Virus record (IMG/VR): IMGVR_UViG_3300031237_000002
Location: 1,423 to 65,422 of that record
Source of the DNA: a virus
Length of the DNA: 64,000 bases
Direction: 5' to 3' (one strand)
Below the pieces are notes generated by a model. That model was not told the DNA's origin. It worked only from the letters and a program-made list of their open reading frames with translations, and did no database searches. Within the stretch, counting starts at the first letter, position 1. Every line of letters starts with the position of its first letter. Below are positions 61,277 to 64,000 of this stretch, piece by piece. Both the position numbers and the translations under genes were made by a program.

Positions 61277-63120
61277 TATTTATTCTCCTTGCCTTCCAAG
61301 GCTTTTCTGCCTTCGTCCGCAGAACCACCAGTTATGCTGATAGCGTAGGCGCGTTCAAGTCTGCCTTTCATGCCCTGCTTAATTTGCTGGTCGCTCCAGT
61401 CAATAGGCGCATACCCAGCAGAGCGCATGAAATTAATAGCGCCTTTCAGCCAAGCGCCATCGATGGTGTCAAGCGGCACGTAAATTTTGCTGCGCTGTTC
61501 TGGCTTGATAATAGGAGCTGGTAACGATGTGTCACCGCTCCATTTATCCAGCATGACTTTTTTGTCAACCATCTTACGCATCAAGGTTTCTTTTTCTTCC
61601 CGATTTAAAGCTTTGCCAGAATCGCGTTGTGCTACGTCAATGGCAGCCTCTACTTCATTGCGCAACCGGCCAAGGTATTCTTTCTGGTCTTCACTGTTAT
61701 TTTTCTCGTAAGGTTTAAGCCCTACGTCAGCAGCCACCACGTTGAACAGTTCAGCGTCAATGGTGGCAGCTTTAACAGACTCAGGGCTATTAAGCTTACG
61801 CTTATCTTTAACCAGATCCTCTGTTAACTGACGGCCAAGGACAGGCTCCATAGCAAGGATCTGTTTTTCCGACAGGGTATTAAGCGTCTGCGGATTGGAC
61901 AGTTCCCAATAAGTCGAGAAGCCACGGGCTGCCTTTTCACCTTCCCGGTATTGAGCATCCATGCGCGCATGCTGCTGTTCGCCACGGCCACGTTGAACGA
62001 TATAGTCACGCACTTCTGTTTTGGCTTTACCATCCAACGCTTGGTAAGAAGGCATTGTTTGCAATGTCGCCAGATCCGCACCGTCATGGTACTGCTGCAA
62101 AACGTCGGCTACGTTCGACGCCTTCATTTCCGTTACACCATCCTTGAATGCAACGGCACGGGAACGTACGTCAGCAATAGCCGATTTCATTTCTGCCGGG
62201 TTATCTTTGTACCGGTCGCGCAGCCACGTTTCCATAAGATCGAGGCGGACAGGATCATCAGGGCCTTTCGGGCCAAGGTAGCCCCAAGCGGTGTCAGCGC
62301 CACGGATGGACTCACCATCAACAGTGGCTGATTTAACTTTATTGCCAAGGAGGACAATTGCCTCTGGTGTAAGCTCGCTTTTAAACTGGTTATAGTAGGC
62401 AGCCGCCGCAGAGTCTTTGCCTTGAGATAACATCTGACCAATTACGTCGGCATGAATTAAAGTGCCAGCGATACGTTTTTGCTGGTTGATTACGTCAGGG
62501 TCATCCATGCCTTTCAACCGCGCTTGCCGTTCAATCTCCATATCGGTGCGCAGCAAGGACATCTGGATCTGACCCGGTTGATCCCAATTCAATGCAGCCG
62601 ACGCACGCTCAGTGGCCATTACGCCTTCCGACACCACGTCTTGATAAGCACGGGACTGGTCCGCGACATGCCGATACAGGCGTGCATCAAACTGGCGATC
62701 CGCGATGCGTGCGCGTTTATCGAAAGCAATCCTTTGTGTGTCGCTGCCTAAACCATCACGAATCTGCTTAGCAACACCTTCGCGTTTTGCCCGATAATCT
62801 TCCGACAGCGGCTGTTTAACAGCGTTACCGCCGACGATATTAACGAAGCCGTTTTCCTTGCCATATTCCAGCTCCAGCAAACTTTTTTGGTAATTAGAAA
62901 AACCTTCCTCGGTCTGCGCTTCGTCGATACGCGCTTTCTCTTTTAAAGCCAAAGCCGTGACTGTATCACCCAGCCCGGTAATAACTTGGCCGAACTGGAT
63001 TTCTGCTTGCGCTTCCGCGCCACGGCGTGGCGTGCTTAATTGCAGACGTGAGACGCCACCACGCCCCGATGGTACGGGGCGTTGGCCTAAGTCTTCGGCT
63101 GTCGGTAATCTGGCCATCAC
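61276..63120 (-). CDS. Internal virion/ejection protein (gp15-like position), copy B
   Basis: 614 aa; N-half nearly identical to copy A, C-half clearly diverged. Confidence 0.7.
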   Translation of the reverse strand: MMARLPTAEDLGQRPVPSGRGGVSRLQLSTPRRGAEAQAEIQFGQVITGLGDTVTALALKEKARIDEAQTEEGFSNYQKSLLELEYGKENGFVNIVGGNAVKQPLSEDYRAKREGVAKQIRDGLGSDTQRIAFDKRARIADRQFDARLYRHVADQSRAYQDVVSEGVMATERASAALNWDQPGQIQMSLLRTDMEIERQARLKGMDDPDVINQQKRIAGTLIHADVIGQMLSQGKDSAAAAYYNQFKSELTPEAIVLLGNKVKSATVDGESIRGADTAWGYLGPKGPDDPVRLDLMETWLRDRYKDNPAEMKSAIADVRSRAVAFKDGVTEMKASNVADVLQQYHDGADLATLQTMPSYQALDGKAKTEVRDYIVQRGRGEQQHARMDAQYREGEKAARGFSTYWELSNPQTLNTLSEKQILAMEPVLGRQLTEDLVKDKRKLNSPESVKAATIDAELFNVVAADVGLKPYEKNNSEDQKEYLGRLRNEVEAAIDVAQRDSGKALNREEKETLMRKMVDKKVMLDKWSGDTSLPAPIIKPEQRSKIYVPLDTIDGAWLKGAINFMRSAGYAPIDWSDQQIKQGMKGRLERAYAISITGGSADEGRKALEGKENK

Positions 63121-63677
63121 TTATCACTCCCAAAAAGATCGCCATATTTAGAAGCGAAAGAAGTCGCACCGCTAATAAGAGTGGATGTGTAATTCTTACC
63201 GGCTGCTTTGGACGCGGCGTTACCTTCGAACAGCGCCGCCGATGCTGCGCTCTTGCCACTCAGGCGCCGGGCTTGTGCGCCTACTTCATAGCTGCGCGCC
63301 TGTTCTTCGCCTTCGTACAGGGCGAGCTGCGAACGATAGGCGCCTTCCATATAGATGTCGTTCAGGATGTTGACGACGTTCTGGTCAGATGCACCAGCCC
63401 CGGACGCTGCCGCCTTGGCCAATGTCTTGCTGGCCAGCAAGCCAGCCATGCGCCGTTCTTCGAAGGCGCTGCGCTGTGATGCGGCACGGGCTTGCCCAGC
63501 CAAGTAATCAGCCTGACGCGCTTCGAACTCGGCCATAATCAGTTCGTTTTTCGACGTCTCTTCGGCCTGCTTGACAGCAGCCTTACCAGCGTCTCGTTGC
63601 CCCTTGGCGCTGATTAGCGTACCGGCGACAGATGCGGCTGCGCCGATATAGGGGAGTGCAACTGCTAAAGCGCCCAT
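63117..63677 (-). CDS. Internal virion protein (gp14-like position), copy B
   Basis: 186 aa; differs from copy A mostly in the first 30 aa. Confidence 0.7.
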   Translation of the reverse strand: MGALAVALPYIGAAASVAGTLISAKGQRDAGKAAVKQAEETSKNELIMAEFEARQADYLAGQARAASQRSAFEERRMAGLLASKTLAKAAASGAGASDQNVVNILNDIYMEGAYRSQLALYEGEEQARSYEVGAQARRLSGKSAASAALFEGNAASKAAGKNYTSTLISGATSFASKYGDLFGSDK

Positions 63678-64000
63678 CTTACGTACTCCCCAAATTCACA
63701 TGGCTCGAAACCAAGGTAGGCCAGAAAGATACCTGACGTTGGTATGGTTTCGTCGCGGTTGGCAATCAGTGTCCATTTATTTTCATCAGCTATCTTAAGC
63801 ATGGCTTTAGCGAACTTCATAACCGACAGTTTATTTTTAACCAATACATCTTCCTTGCCTTCGGTGAACACTACCATCTGGTCACGGTTCATTCGAATGA
63901 ACCCGCAAATGCCTACCAGCTTATCGTCAATCTCCAGAAAATAAGCGCGCATGGTTGGAACCTGAAACGGCAGTTCCCCGTAAAATTCCCCGAACAACTC
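63665..64000 (-). CDS. gp13-like-position protein, copy B (5' end outside window)
   Basis: Homolog of 8393-8752; true start would lie just beyond 64000. Confidence 0.6.
   Translation of the reverse strand, partial: ELFGEFYGELPFQVPTMRAYFLEIDDKLVGICGFIRMNRDQMVVFTEGKEDVLVKNKLSVMKFAKAMLKIADENKWTLIANRDETIPTSGIFLAYLGFEPCEFGEYVRWAL

Larger units (their letters stand above)
55264..64000. repeat. Diverged direct repeat, copy B (partner 1-8728)
   Basis: Same genes in the same order; 64000 aligns to 8728. Confidence 0.97.

Noticed and set aside
1-64000. Integrated prophage or direct terminal repeats
   Set aside because: No integrase, att site or host genes were seen, and the repeated ends are not identical.

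Overview
The window is bacteriophage DNA: one complete podovirus-type genome unit of about 55.27 kb plus a diverged second copy of about 8.7 kb of its ejection-protein genes (1-8728 repeats at 55264-64000). The minus strand carries the virion module (portal, scaffold, capsid, tail tubes, ejection proteins, terminase), the tail-fibre and lysis genes, and an unexpected pseudaminic-acid-type nonulosonic acid biosynthesis cluster with a candidate transferase. The plus strand carries small early genes and a replication module (PolA, SSB-like, RuvC, DUF2800 nuclease); the primase and SF2 helicase are on the minus strand. No integrase, reverse transcriptase, cas gene or tRNA was seen. The strongest signal is at 41329-42716: a strictly 36-nt-periodic dual-repeat array (AGCGAGYCA / 9-nt spacer / AGAAACCCA / 9-nt spacer, 12 units). 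It is split in two by a 315-aa HNH + Nop/IS110-like-domain gene and ends 1 nt before the DNA polymerase start. This matches a TIGR-Tas (TasH-type) RNA-guided DNA-targeting system. Other signals are a structured capsid leader with a thrice-repeated internal loop, CsrA/RsmA-type GGA hairpins in the early region, and a TGTCCCA/TGGGACA repeat cluster at the divergence point. All family assignments come from motif recognition by eye; no database search was run.
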